Program-made: the position numbers and the translations under genes
Assembly (NCBI GenBank): GCA_027339635.1
Contig: DAHWNZ010000003.1
Location: 27,092 to 91,091, forward strand
DNA: 64,000 bases
DNA from: Candidatus Dormiibacterota bacterium
GTDB taxonomy: Bacteria; Chloroflexota; Dormibacteria; Aeolococcales; Bog-877
Reading direction: 5' to 3'
The notes under the pieces: model-generated
Seen by the model: only the letters and a program-made list of their open reading frames with translations
What the model was told of the DNA's origin: nothing
The model's database searches: none
Part shown: positions 18,164-27,015 of the stretch, one piece after another
Numbering within the stretch: position 1 is the stretch's first letter
Layout: each line of letters opens with the position of its first letter

Positions 18164-19009
18164 ATGATTCCCAGCTCTGGTTCAGGGGGACCTGCTCCCC
18201 TGTTGGCAGCTGATGGCATGACCGCCAGCAACAGCAGACAGGACGGTGTCCCTCTATTGCGACTTCACGGCATCGACAAGCACTTCGGCCCGGTGCAGGC
18301 TCTGTACCAGGTGGATCTGGAACTGCCCAGTCAACAGGTGACGGCGCTTTGCGGTGACAACGGCGCCGGAAAGTCGGTGCTGACCCGGTGCATCGCTGGG
18401 ATCCATCATCCCGAGCATGGCCAGATGTACTGGGAGGGACGCCAGGTTCACATCAACAGTCCCCGCGACGCGTCCGCCCTCGGGATAGAGGTCGTGTACC
18501 AAGATCTCGCCCTCGCCGACAATCTTGACATCGTGCAGAACATGTTCCTGGGCCGGGAGCGAATGCACCGGTTCTTCCTCGACGAAGACGCTATGGAGCG
18601 CACCGCGGCGGAGACCCTGCAGGGGTTGGGGGTGACCACGGTGCGCTCGATCCGGCAGCCGGTCGGATCCTTGTCAGGCGGACAGAGGCAGGCCGTTGCT
18701 GTTGCCAAGGCAGTGATGTGGAATTCGAAGCTCGTGGTGTTGGACGAGCCCACGGCGGCGCTCGGGGTGGTCCAGACCCGCATGGTCCTGGACCTGGTGA
18801 AGCGGCTCAAGGATCGCGGGCTGGCGGTTATGGTCATCACCCACAACCTCAATGACGTCTTTGAAGTGGCGGACCGGATCGCCGTGCTCCACCTGGGACA
18901 CAAGGTGGCCGAGGGCCCGGCATCGGAATTCGATCGCCAGAGCGTGGTCGACTACATGACGACCGGTGGCTCGGATCGGCCGGCGGCCAAGCCCCGACCG
19001 CAGCTATAG
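18164..19009 (+). CDS. sugar ABC transporter ATP-binding protein (single NBD)
   Basis: Walker A GDNGAGKSVL, signature LSGGQRQAVAVAKA and Walker B LVVLDEPTAAL. Only one nucleotide-binding domain in 281 aa. An alternative ATG start lies at 18218. Confidence 0.9.
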   Translation: MIPSSGSGGPAPLLAADGMTASNSRQDGVPLLRLHGIDKHFGPVQALYQVDLELPSQQVTALCGDNGAGKSVLTRCIAGIHHPEHGQMYWEGRQVHINSPRDASALGIEVVYQDLALADNLDIVQNMFLGRERMHRFFLDEDAMERTAAETLQGLGVTTVRSIRQPVGSLSGGQRQAVAVAKAVMWNSKLVVLDEPTAALGVVQTRMVLDLVKRLKDRGLAVMVITHNLNDVFEVADRIAVLHLGHKVAEGPASEFDRQSVVDYMTTGGSDRPAAKPRPQL

Positions 19010-19021
19010 GGGGGCGGCGAA

Positions 19022-20377
19022 ATGGCCAGGGTTGGAGATGACATGACTACGAAACCGAGCAGCGTTGCCCCCAGCGAACCTTCTGCGGCGGAGGGCCTGA
19101 GCTCCGCCGCGGTCGACGTGGTGCCCCCAGAGATTGTCGCCGAGAGTTTGGGTCAGTACCTCTCCGTCATGGGCCGGCGCATCGCCAACGGCAACACCGG
19201 GGCTCTGCCGGTCGTCCTTGCCCTGGTCGCGATCAGCATCGGGTTCGAGATCTGGACCCAGGGCCTGTTCCTCTCTCCCGGGAACCTGGTCAACCTCTTC
19301 ATCGAGAGCATGGTGTTCATGACCCTGGGGATGGCGGAGATTTTTGTTTTGCTCCTTGGGGAGATCGATTTGTCGGCAGGGTACGTGCTGGCGGTCGGCG
19401 CCGGTATCGTGGCCCTGCTGGTGCAGAAGCCGGGCCCGAACTTCGCCTGGTGGCTGGCGATAATCATCGCTCTGGTCTGCTGCGGGGTGACCGGAGCGGT
19501 CTGGGGCGCTCTGGTCTCCAGGCTGCATCTGCCATCCTTCGTGGTCACCCTGGCCGGCCTGCTCATCATGTGGGGTGTGATGCTGGTCATCCTCGGCAAT
19601 GCCGGAGATGTCTCCATCTCCAGCGCGATCCTGTCCAACCAGCACACCGTCTACGAGATCGTCAATGGCAACATCCCCCCGCTTGCCGGCTGGATCAGCA
19701 TGGTGATCGTGGCAGTCGTCCTGGGAGGGGTCATTTGGACCAGAGACGCAGGGCGCCGGAGCCGGGGCCTGGTTGCGCCCCCAGTGGGGGTGACGGCCGT
19801 AAAGGTGGGCTTCCTCGTGGTGGCAGGGGCGGTCGTGGTTGCCATCTGCAATGTCAACCGTGGCGAGGTGAGCTCTCCGGTGGAAGGGGTGCCCTATGTG
19901 GTGCCGGTCGTCTTCGCCGTGCTGATCCTATGGGTCATTCTCCTGCAGCGCACCAGGTTCGGCCGTTACGTGTATGCCATCGGCGGCAATCCGGACGCTG
20001 CCCGCCGTGCCGGCATCAGCCTGCCCGCGATCCGGACCTGGGCCTTCGTGTTGAGCGGAGTGACCGCCGGCTTTGCCGGAATCCTCTACCTCTCCTGGCA
20101 GGGGGGCACGTCGACCAACGTCAATGGGGGTCAGTACGTGCTCTACGGGGTCGCCGCGGCGGTCATCGGAGGCACCAGCCTCTTCGGGGGCAGGGGCAAG
20201 ATCGCCCAAGCCATTCTGGGCGGCCTCATCATCGGGGCGATCTACAACGGCCTGTACCTGCAGGGGGTGCAGGTCCAGTGGCAGCTGATTGCGACCGGCG
20301 TGGTGCTGGTGGCGGCGGTCCTGATCGACACTGTCTCCCGCCGGGGGAATCTGACCGGGAGTTCCGCGCGGATCTAA
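19022..20377 (+). CDS. sugar ABC transporter permease (XylH/branched-type)
   Basis: 451 aa and highly hydrophobic (about 10-12 TM spans). Motif GEIDLSAGYVLAVGAGIVALL, typical of the ribose/xylose permease family. Confidence 0.88.
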   Translation: MARVGDDMTTKPSSVAPSEPSAAEGLSSAAVDVVPPEIVAESLGQYLSVMGRRIANGNTGALPVVLALVAISIGFEIWTQGLFLSPGNLVNLFIESMVFMTLGMAEIFVLLLGEIDLSAGYVLAVGAGIVALLVQKPGPNFAWWLAIIIALVCCGVTGAVWGALVSRLHLPSFVVTLAGLLIMWGVMLVILGNAGDVSISSAILSNQHTVYEIVNGNIPPLAGWISMVIVAVVLGGVIWTRDAGRRSRGLVAPPVGVTAVKVGFLVVAGAVVVAICNVNRGEVSSPVEGVPYVVPVVFAVLILWVILLQRTRFGRYVYAIGGNPDAARRAGISLPAIRTWAFVLSGVTAGFAGILYLSWQGGTSTNVNGGQYVLYGVAAAVIGGTSLFGGRGKIAQAILGGLIIGAIYNGLYLQGVQVQWQLIATGVVLVAAVLIDTVSRRGNLTGSSARI

Positions 20378-20559
20378 ATGGCATGAACAGTGGAGCCCCG
20401 CCGACACGGTCAGAGCGGCTTGGGGGTGGCGCGATGGGGACCCTGACCGAGTCGCGCCCGTCCGGCGTCGACTTGGCGGGCCAGGGCGAGGGGGTTACCC
20501 TGGCGGCGACTGGTTTGGCACCGCTGCAGTCGCCCCATCCGAGACGGATCTGACCTTCC

Positions 20560-21924
20560 ATGGCCAGAACCGAACGAGGCGCAACTCAAGAGACGGTTAG
20601 GCGCCACAATCTGGCGACTCTGTTGGGCCATCTGCACCGCTACGGTCCGACCTCGCGGGCGCGGCTCACCAGGTTGCTCGGGCTCAACCGGGCGACCATC
20701 GGGGCGCTCGTGGACGAACTGGTGAGCCGGGGCCTGGTGCAGGAGGAGGCCGAGCCTGAGCGAGCTGCTCGAGGCCGGCCCTCGAAGGTCGTAGCCGCTC
20801 GGGCGGATCTCTGCCGCGTGCTTGCGGTGCAGGTCGGAGTGGACTCGGTAGAGGTCGCCTTGATGGGGCTCGGCGGGGTCACGTTGGCGCGGCGCAGGTC
20901 CGCGATCAGCAAGCCGGAGGACCGCACGGTCGCGAGGGTGGTGCATGCCATAGTCCGCCTCGGCGCCCGGTGCTTGGCCGACTCTCCGGGTGTGGTGGTT
21001 GGCGTCGGGGTCGCCGTCCCCGGGTCGGTCAGCCCCAGCGGAGGAGTCGTCAACTTCGCTCCCAACCTGAGCTGGCGGCAGGTGCCGCTGGCGGGAATGC
21101 TGGCAGAACAACTCGGGGTGGGCCCCGTGGTTCGGATCGGTAATGACGCCAACCTTGGGGCCATGGCCGAGCACTCCCGGGGTGTTGGAATCCGCAGCAG
21201 TGATCTCATTTACCTCCACGCCGAGGTCGGGGTCGGTGGCGGGATCATCACCGGGGGCCAGCTTTTGGAGGGCGGGCGTGGCTATGCGGGAGAGGTTGGC
21301 CACATGCAGGTCAACCCGCTGGGGCTGCCCTGTCACTGCGGAGCCAGGGGATGTTGGGAGACCGAGGTGGGCGAAGACGCCCTGGTTCGCAGAGCCGGGC
21401 TCGCGCCCAGCAGCCGACCGAAGGTGGAGCTGGTGCTCAAGCGGGCCCGGGCCAAGGACCCAGTATCGATGGACGCTATCGATGCCACCGCACGCTGGAT
21501 CAGCGTCGGGCTGGTCAACATGGTGAGCACCCTGGACCCGGAGATGGTGATACTCGGAGGGTTGTTCGAGGAGATCCTGGAACTGGCGGGCCCGACGCTT
21601 GTCTCCCATCTCGGGCAGACGTCGCGGTACTCTCATCCCGAAGGGGTTGCCCTTTTGCGACCGAAGTTCGGCCGAAGCTCGGTGCTTGTGGGAGCGGCCG
21701 AGCTCGGGTTTCAGCGGGTCCTCAACGACCCCACCATCATGCCCTCCGTGCTCGATGTGGCCGTCTCAGCCCATCGCGGCGCGGGAGGGGTGAGAGAAGC
21801 AAGAGACGGGGTCGCGCCAAGGCGGTTGGCTCCCTCCAGACAGCGGAATATGCGGGCGACCACCGCCACGGGCTTGGCATCCACGATCTCGGCCGTCGCG
21901 GACGACAGCCTCGCCAATGTCTGA
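20560..21924 (+). CDS. ROK-family transcriptional regulator
   Basis: N-terminal wHTH (TVRRHNLATLLGHLHRYGPTSRARLTRLLGLNRATIGALVDELVSRGLV) and a ROK sugar-kinase-like body with the Zn motif GHMQVNPLGLPCHCGARGCWE. It has a roughly 50-aa C-terminal tail without homology. Confidence 0.88.
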   Translation: MARTERGATQETVRRHNLATLLGHLHRYGPTSRARLTRLLGLNRATIGALVDELVSRGLVQEEAEPERAARGRPSKVVAARADLCRVLAVQVGVDSVEVALMGLGGVTLARRRSAISKPEDRTVARVVHAIVRLGARCLADSPGVVVGVGVAVPGSVSPSGGVVNFAPNLSWRQVPLAGMLAEQLGVGPVVRIGNDANLGAMAEHSRGVGIRSSDLIYLHAEVGVGGGIITGGQLLEGGRGYAGEVGHMQVNPLGLPCHCGARGCWETEVGEDALVRRAGLAPSSRPKVELVLKRARAKDPVSMDAIDATARWISVGLVNMVSTLDPEMVILGGLFEEILELAGPTLVSHLGQTSRYSHPEGVALLRPKFGRSSVLVGAAELGFQRVLNDPTIMPSVLDVAVSAHRGAGGVREARDGVAPRRLAPSRQRNMRATTATGLASTISAVADDSLANV

Positions 21925-22139
21925 ACTCGGCAGCGCCTGGTTGAGAACCCGCGGGGCCGGCGCGATGCCCGCCGCGAGCCGCAGGGGCCTCAGACGCAAT
22001 CGACGGGAGCCCAGTGGTCGTGAGCGATTGGGAGAGCTGAGCAATTGCGCCGAGGTTTGCGGGCCAGTTGTCTCAGCCAAGCCAGCGGGAGAGCAAGCGC
22101 ATCTGTTACAGGATGGCGTTGCCATAGGAGCCGTCACCT

Positions 22140-22889
22140 TTGAGCGAAACAGCCATGCGCCTGGTGACAAGGCCCCGTACACCGGTGGTGACATCACAGG
22201 TTCTTGCTGAGAACCCGCAAACCGCACCGTGCCCAGAGCGAGGGGCCGCCAGGGTCGGCGGCCGTCGGTGGCGGCAGGGTTTGGTGAGCTCATGCCCGGT
22301 GAGCGTTACGGCTTGGGCCCGCCTCTTCGACCTCGCCGCCTGCTCGGGTGTTGGCAATGGGTTTCTGGCCATGCCGGGCGGGAGCGGAGCGGTGGCTTCG
22401 GCCCCGTCCGGTGCCACCGTGATCTTCACCCTCCAGGCCAAGAACCTCTCCACCAATACGATCACGCTTGCGAACGTCGAGCGCGTGTCGCTGCCTGGGC
22501 AACCAGCGCCTAGATTGCTGCATTATGCCGTCATTCCCGGGCTCGCTACTTTGGAGGATGCCAAGGGGTGGCCCCCGCCGGCGATCGGTGGGCCGGGGCC
22601 GGGGAACAGCTGGCCCCTGGTGCCGCTGCGAGGCTACGTGGTCCGCGCTCATCACTTCGTATCGATGGTGGTGGGCGTTTCAGGCCGGCGCGCTGGCTCG
22701 CTCTACCTCATGGGCGGCTGGTGGGCATCCTATCGCGAGGCCGGTCTCAGCGTGCGATCCCTGTTGCCGATGGTGGACATGGTGTGCGTGGACACCGTGT
22801 CGCGAGCTCCGCGCGACGAGTGTGACTCCTCCCACGATGTTGCCGTTCTCGAATCGGCCATGGCATATGTCGCCAAGCTCAGTGGTTAG
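22140..22889 (+). CDS. hypothetical protein, possibly a lipoprotein
   Basis: 249-aa ORF with a candidate lipobox LFDLAAC-SG (Cys at aa 68). Alternative starts are ATG 22155, TTG 22281 and GTG 22284. I recognise no family. Confidence 0.5.
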   Translation: MSETAMRLVTRPRTPVVTSQVLAENPQTAPCPERGAARVGGRRWRQGLVSSCPVSVTAWARLFDLAACSGVGNGFLAMPGGSGAVASAPSGATVIFTLQAKNLSTNTITLANVERVSLPGQPAPRLLHYAVIPGLATLEDAKGWPPPAIGGPGPGNSWPLVPLRGYVVRAHHFVSMVVGVSGRRAGSLYLMGGWWASYREAGLSVRSLLPMVDMVCVDTVSRAPRDECDSSHDVAVLESAMAYVAKLSG

Positions 22890-23279
22890 GGGCGCTGCTC
22901 AATAGGGCTCGGGCCCCGAGCGATTCGAGGGGTGCCATCGACGACGTCCTGGCGTCTGAGCGAGGCCGACCTGCGGGCCAGGGCAAGCCCTTTATCATCC
23001 GCCGAGCGCCGCTGCGATGGCCGAACGCCGACCCAACCGGGAAGCAGATCCCCTTGGGAGAGGCACTACCTTGGGTGCACCTTGAGATGGCCCACGGAAG
23101 CGGGGTAAGGATAGCGGTGGGCCCGCGCCTCCGGTGGAGCGGACCGCACCCACCGCGGCCGAGCATCTCTTGCTCACGTCGCCCCAGTCATGAGCGACAG
23201 AGTGCGCCAGAATCCGGGAGCGATGCAATCGACCGCGACCCTGACCGCACCGGTCGCGGTGGTCCCTGAAGTCACCAAC

Positions 23280-24428
23280 CTAGACCAAGGGCAGTCCGCA
23301 GCCGGGGTCCTCTCCCAGGGGATCACCACTCCCGGCATAGGCCCGGGCGCGGGATCCACCGCAGACCTGGCGATAGCTGCAGCTACCGCAACGCCCATGG
23401 AATTCGGCCTCCCGGATCGCCTTCAGGGTGGGGCTGTCGCGGTAGATCTCAGCCAGCGATTTCTCCTTCACATTTCCCAGGACAAACGGCATGAATCCGG
23501 AGGGGTGGACCGAGCCGTCATGGCCCACGAAGATGACCCCCATCCCGTCGCGCGTGGCGATGCCCTGAGCCATTGGCCGTCGCCTTGGTGGACCGAGCAG
23601 GCTGCCGAGTCTGAGCTCCAGGCGCTCATCCAGGCCGCCCACCTCAGGGGAGCGCGGGACCTGCGCCGCAGACTCCGCGGCCCTGCGTTCCGCGGCCACA
23701 CGCCGGAAGAATGGGGCTTCCACCGTGCGCACCAGGAATCCGTAACGGGAAGCGCTGTACAGAAATTGGCAGACGGCCGCGTTCTCGGCCGGTGTCAGCG
23801 ATGCCAGGGAACTGCCCCGCCCGACCTCGACCAGGAAGAAGACCTCCCATATCGGCACGCCGAGTCGGTGCAACAGGGCGGCCAGGTCTGCCAACTCGGT
23901 TGCGTTGGCCCGCATGACGGTGGTGTTGACCTGGACCTTAAAGCCCATCTGCAACAGCCACTGCAGAGCCTCCAGGGTCTTCCCGTGATGCCCGGGCAGC
24001 CCCCTGATCCGGTCGTGGGTAGCGGGCTCCGCGCCGTCTAGGCTGATGGACACTGACCGAACGCCGAGCGCATACATCCGGCCCATGGCTTCGGGGTTCA
24101 GGCGGGGTGTCACCGACGGCGAGAGAGCGACCACCAAGCCCAGTCCCCGCGCAGCGGTCACCAGCTCCAGGATGTCCGGTCGAGACAGGCAATCCCCACC
24201 GGTCAGAACCAGGATTGGCCCCGGGTGGCCGAAATCTGCTACCTGCTGCAGCAGCCGGGCGGCCTGGCCGGTCGAGAGCTCCCCGGGCGCGGCGTTCGGT
24301 TGGGCAGTGGCGCGACAGTGTCGGCAGCTCAGAGAACAGGCCCTGGTGGTCTCCCAGAAGACCAGGACTGGGCGTTCCTCAAAGCGCGGCCTGGTTGCCG
24401 CGGAGCCTGGCGGAGACGTCTGAACCAC
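23280..24428 (-). CDS. radical SAM / SPASM-domain enzyme (NirJ/AhbD-like architecture)
   Basis: CxxxCxxC in VLVFWETTRACSLSCRHCRA. C-terminal SPASM cysteines GRCGSCSYRQVCGGSRARAYA..DPGCG. I chose GTG 24428 (GGAG 8 nt upstream), giving 382 aa; the track ORF extends to 24617. Confidence 0.85.
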   Translation of the reverse strand: MVQTSPPGSAATRPRFEERPVLVFWETTRACSLSCRHCRATAQPNAAPGELSTGQAARLLQQVADFGHPGPILVLTGGDCLSRPDILELVTAARGLGLVVALSPSVTPRLNPEAMGRMYALGVRSVSISLDGAEPATHDRIRGLPGHHGKTLEALQWLLQMGFKVQVNTTVMRANATELADLAALLHRLGVPIWEVFFLVEVGRGSSLASLTPAENAAVCQFLYSASRYGFLVRTVEAPFFRRVAAERRAAESAAQVPRSPEVGGLDERLELRLGSLLGPPRRRPMAQGIATRDGMGVIFVGHDGSVHPSGFMPFVLGNVKEKSLAEIYRDSPTLKAIREAEFHGRCGSCSYRQVCGGSRARAYAGSGDPLGEDPGCGLPLV

Positions 24429-24681
24429 GGACACTGCTCCAAGTTTGCCTCCGGTCCTGTCTCGGCGCCCGGGTGTTTTCGCCCGGGCCGTTGGAGGGTT
24501 ATCCCTCTGGAGCAGAAGGCCCTGGCGGCGCAAGTTGGATTGGTGAGTGCAAGTCACCGACATCGGGACGCGGGCGCGGGTCGGTGGTGAGGTCTGGTCT
24601 GAGCCTCCTACCGACATGGCCCGAGGCCGAATCCAGGTGGTCGCGACCGGCGGTGAGCGCCGGGCAGGGGGCTCATCCTGA

Positions 24682-25854
24682 ATGAACGCGTTTTACTCAG
24701 TTCTGCTGCTGGAGTTGGGGGTGACCCTCCTGGCGCTGTTGGCCGCGGGTGCGTACTGGCGGTGGCGTCACCTCGCCTGGCCGAGCTCGCCTGCCTCCCA
24801 CGAGCCGCGACCGATCATCCCGGCCAGGATATTTCTGCGCTGCCTGTTGGGTTCGCTGTGGGTGCTGGACGGCCTCCTGCAGGCGCAGCCCTCCATGCCC
24901 GCCGGCTTCCCCGGGGGCATCTTGGCGCCGGTGGCGGTTGGCCAGCCAGTTTGGCTTCAGGCCCTGCTCCACTGGGAGATCCGACTGTGGCAGGTGCACC
25001 CCGTGCACCTGGCAGCGGCCACCGTCCTCATCCAGGTGGGCATCGGGCTGGCCATCCTCACCGGTGGGGACACTCGAATCGGCCGGGTCGGCCTCTGGTC
25101 CTCAGTAGTCTGGGGCGTTCTGGTCTGGATCCTCGGCGAGGCGGCCGGAGGGCTCCTGGGGCCTGGGGCCAGCCTCCTCTCCGGCTCGCCTGGGTCGGTT
25201 CTGGCATACGTGGCCGCGGCAGCCCTGCTGCTGGCACCGGTCGAGCTTTGGCAGAGCGGGAAGGCCCGGCGAATCATCGAGGTTGGGGTTGGCACCACGT
25301 TTCTCATCGGAGCGTTGCTGCAGACCCTGCCCAGCGAAGGTTTCTGGACGCCCGCCGGGCTGCGGACGCTGTTCGCTCCCATGGCGGCCGTGCCGCAGCC
25401 GGCTTTCCTGGCGGGCCCGATAACCGCCCTGGCACGCCTGGTCGCAACCGACCCCCTGCTCTGGAACTCCGTCTTCATATTTGCGATGTTGGGTATTGGA
25501 GTGGGCCTCTGCCTCATCGGCGGCAGCCGCGGCCTCACCATCGTGGCGTTGGTCTGGACGGCATTCGCATGGTGGTTCGGGCAGGACTTCGGGATGTTCG
25601 GGACCGGCGTGGCGACGGACCCGAACCTCGCCCCCCTGATGGCGGTGCTGCTCCTCACCGCCCAACTCTCATCGGATGGGCTCTGGAGGGCGCTGGGGCG
25701 CATCCATCCGCGCCAACATCCCGTGCTGTTGCGGCGGCTGGCGCTGGCCGGGCTGGCCGCGATCCTGATTGGCGTTCTGGGTGGTCTTCCCTACGCCTCC
25801 CAGGGCGCGTTTGCGGCCACGCCGGTCGCTCAACAAAGCGCGACCCAGAATTGA
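24682..25854 (+). CDS. polytopic integral membrane protein of unknown function
   Basis: 390 aa with at least 9 hydrophobic spans. Two internally similar halves begin [22 protein letters not shown] and [17 protein letters not shown] (DoxX-like impression only). Confidence 0.7.
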   Translation: MNAFYSVLLLELGVTLLALLAAGAYWRWRHLAWPSSPASHEPRPIIPARIFLRCLLGSLWVLDGLLQAQPSMPAGFPGGILAPVAVGQPVWLQALLHWEIRLWQVHPVHLAAATVLIQVGIGLAILTGGDTRIGRVGLWSSVVWGVLVWILGEAAGGLLGPGASLLSGSPGSVLAYVAAAALLLAPVELWQSGKARRIIEVGVGTTFLIGALLQTLPSEGFWTPAGLRTLFAPMAAVPQPAFLAGPITALARLVATDPLLWNSVFIFAMLGIGVGLCLIGGSRGLTIVALVWTAFAWWFGQDFGMFGTGVATDPNLAPLMAVLLLTAQLSSDGLWRALGRIHPRQHPVLLRRLALAGLAAILIGVLGGLPYASQGAFAATPVAQQSATQN

Positions 25855-25883
25855 GATCCGGGGTCACGAAGTACACTGGTCGG

Positions 25884-26300
25884 ATGGGGAACAGGCCGGT
25901 GCGGATCCTCACCGCCAAGGTTGGGCTGGATGGCCACGACCGGGGCGTCAAGATCATCTCCCGAGCGTTGCGCGATGCGGGGGTGGAGGTGATATACACG
26001 GGGCTGCACCAGACCCCCGCTCAGGTCGTGGACGCGGCCATCCAAGAGGACGTCGACGGAATCGGCATCTCCTTGCTCTCCGGAGCGCACATGACGCTGT
26101 TCCCGGAGGTGATCCGCCTCCTCGCAGAGCGTGGCGCCGGCGACATCGTGGTTTTCGGCGGCGGCATCGTGCCCCCCGAGGATGTGGAGGCACTCAAGGC
26201 GGTCGGAGTGGACGAGGTTTTCACTCCTGGCACCAGCATGCAGGCGATAGTGGAGTACGTGAGTCGCCGCTTCGGGGCGGTGGTCGCCGCCGCCCACTGA
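25884..26300 (+). CDS. methylmalonyl-CoA mutase small subunit (cobalamin-binding domain)
   Basis: 138 aa with [39 protein letters not shown] (DxHxxG B12 motif) and [17 protein letters not shown]. It is the last 139 codons of the artefactual 512-aa track ORF 24762-26300. Confidence 0.9.
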   Translation: MGNRPVRILTAKVGLDGHDRGVKIISRALRDAGVEVIYTGLHQTPAQVVDAAIQEDVDGIGISLLSGAHMTLFPEVIRLLAERGAGDIVVFGGGIVPPEDVEALKAVGVDEVFTPGTSMQAIVEYVSRRFGAVVAAAH

Positions 26301-26379
26301 GGGCTCGATTTGTTAAGATCCGCCCAGATCCGGTTGCTCCTTTGGGGCAAGCGCGCCCTTCCGTCCAATTCGAGGTCAA

Positions 26380-27006
26380 ATGACTATCAAGCTTGAGGCC
26401 GCTCGCCGCACGGTCACGGGGCGGCATGTGAATCAGCTCCGGCACCAGGGTCTGGTGCCCGGCGTGGTCTACGGACACAAGGTGGAGCCGGTCGCGCTTG
26501 AGGTGCCTGCCAAGGATCTCGCCAGGATGATGCACCTGGTTGGGAAGAGCCACCTGCTCCAGCTCAAGGTCGCCGGAGAGAGGCGCCAACGCCCAGTCCT
26601 CATCAAGGAGCTGCAGCTGAACCCCCGCAACAGCAGTGCTGTGCACGTCGACTTCTTTCAGGTGAACCTGGAGGAGAAGCTCACGGTGCAGGTGCAGATC
26701 GTGCTGACCGGGGAGTCGCCGGCGGTCAAGCTCAGCGCGGGCGAGCTCCTGCACGTGGTCCACACCCTGGAGGTCAGCTGCCTTCCGGACGCCATCCCGG
26801 GCGAGATCAGCGTCGACATTTCCGGGCTCAGGGAAGTAGACGACGCGGTGCGTCTTTCCGACATCACCCTGCCCGAAGGTGTGGAGCTGGCGTCCGCCAT
26901 CGACCCTGGTGAGATCCTGGTGAAGATAGCTCAGGCGCGAGTCTCAGCCGAGGAGCCGGTGGCCGAGGCCGCGACCGAGGCAGGGGAGGCCGTCCCCGCG
27001 GAGTAG
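26380..27006 (+). CDS. rplY: 50S ribosomal protein L25 / general stress protein Ctc
   Basis: 208 aa with LEAARRTVTGRHVNQLRHQGLVPGVVYGHK and an acidic C-terminal extension of the Ctc form. Confidence 0.9.
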   Translation: MTIKLEAARRTVTGRHVNQLRHQGLVPGVVYGHKVEPVALEVPAKDLARMMHLVGKSHLLQLKVAGERRQRPVLIKELQLNPRNSSAVHVDFFQVNLEEKLTVQVQIVLTGESPAVKLSAGELLHVVHTLEVSCLPDAIPGEISVDISGLREVDDAVRLSDITLPEGVELASAIDPGEILVKIAQARVSAEEPVAEAATEAGEAVPAE

Positions 27007-27015
27007 GCCACCCCG

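Noticed and set aside
22976-22989. The 14-nt string GGCCAGGGCAAGCC is shared with the 3' arm of the 49857-49895 terminator hairpin, and there is core similarity to the 16605-16655 stem. This raised the possibility of a REP-like repeat family.
   Set aside because: A 14-mer identity is within chance expectation for a 64-kb GC-biased sequence compared on both strands. The 22976 copy has no complementary partner arm.
24429-24681. A search for a RiPP precursor peptide gene next to the radical-SAM/SPASM enzyme, also covering 22890-23279.
   Set aside because: I found no short ORF with a start codon, an SD and a plausible leader/core. The only open frame upstream is contiguous with the rSAM ORF itself.
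24762-26300. A 512-aa ORF spanning the membrane-protein gene in another frame and ending as the B12-binding domain.
   Set aside because: Only the last 138 aa (from ATG 25884) carry the mutase small-subunit signature. The upstream 374 codons are Pro/Arg/Gly-rich out-of-frame read-through of the 24682-25854 gene.
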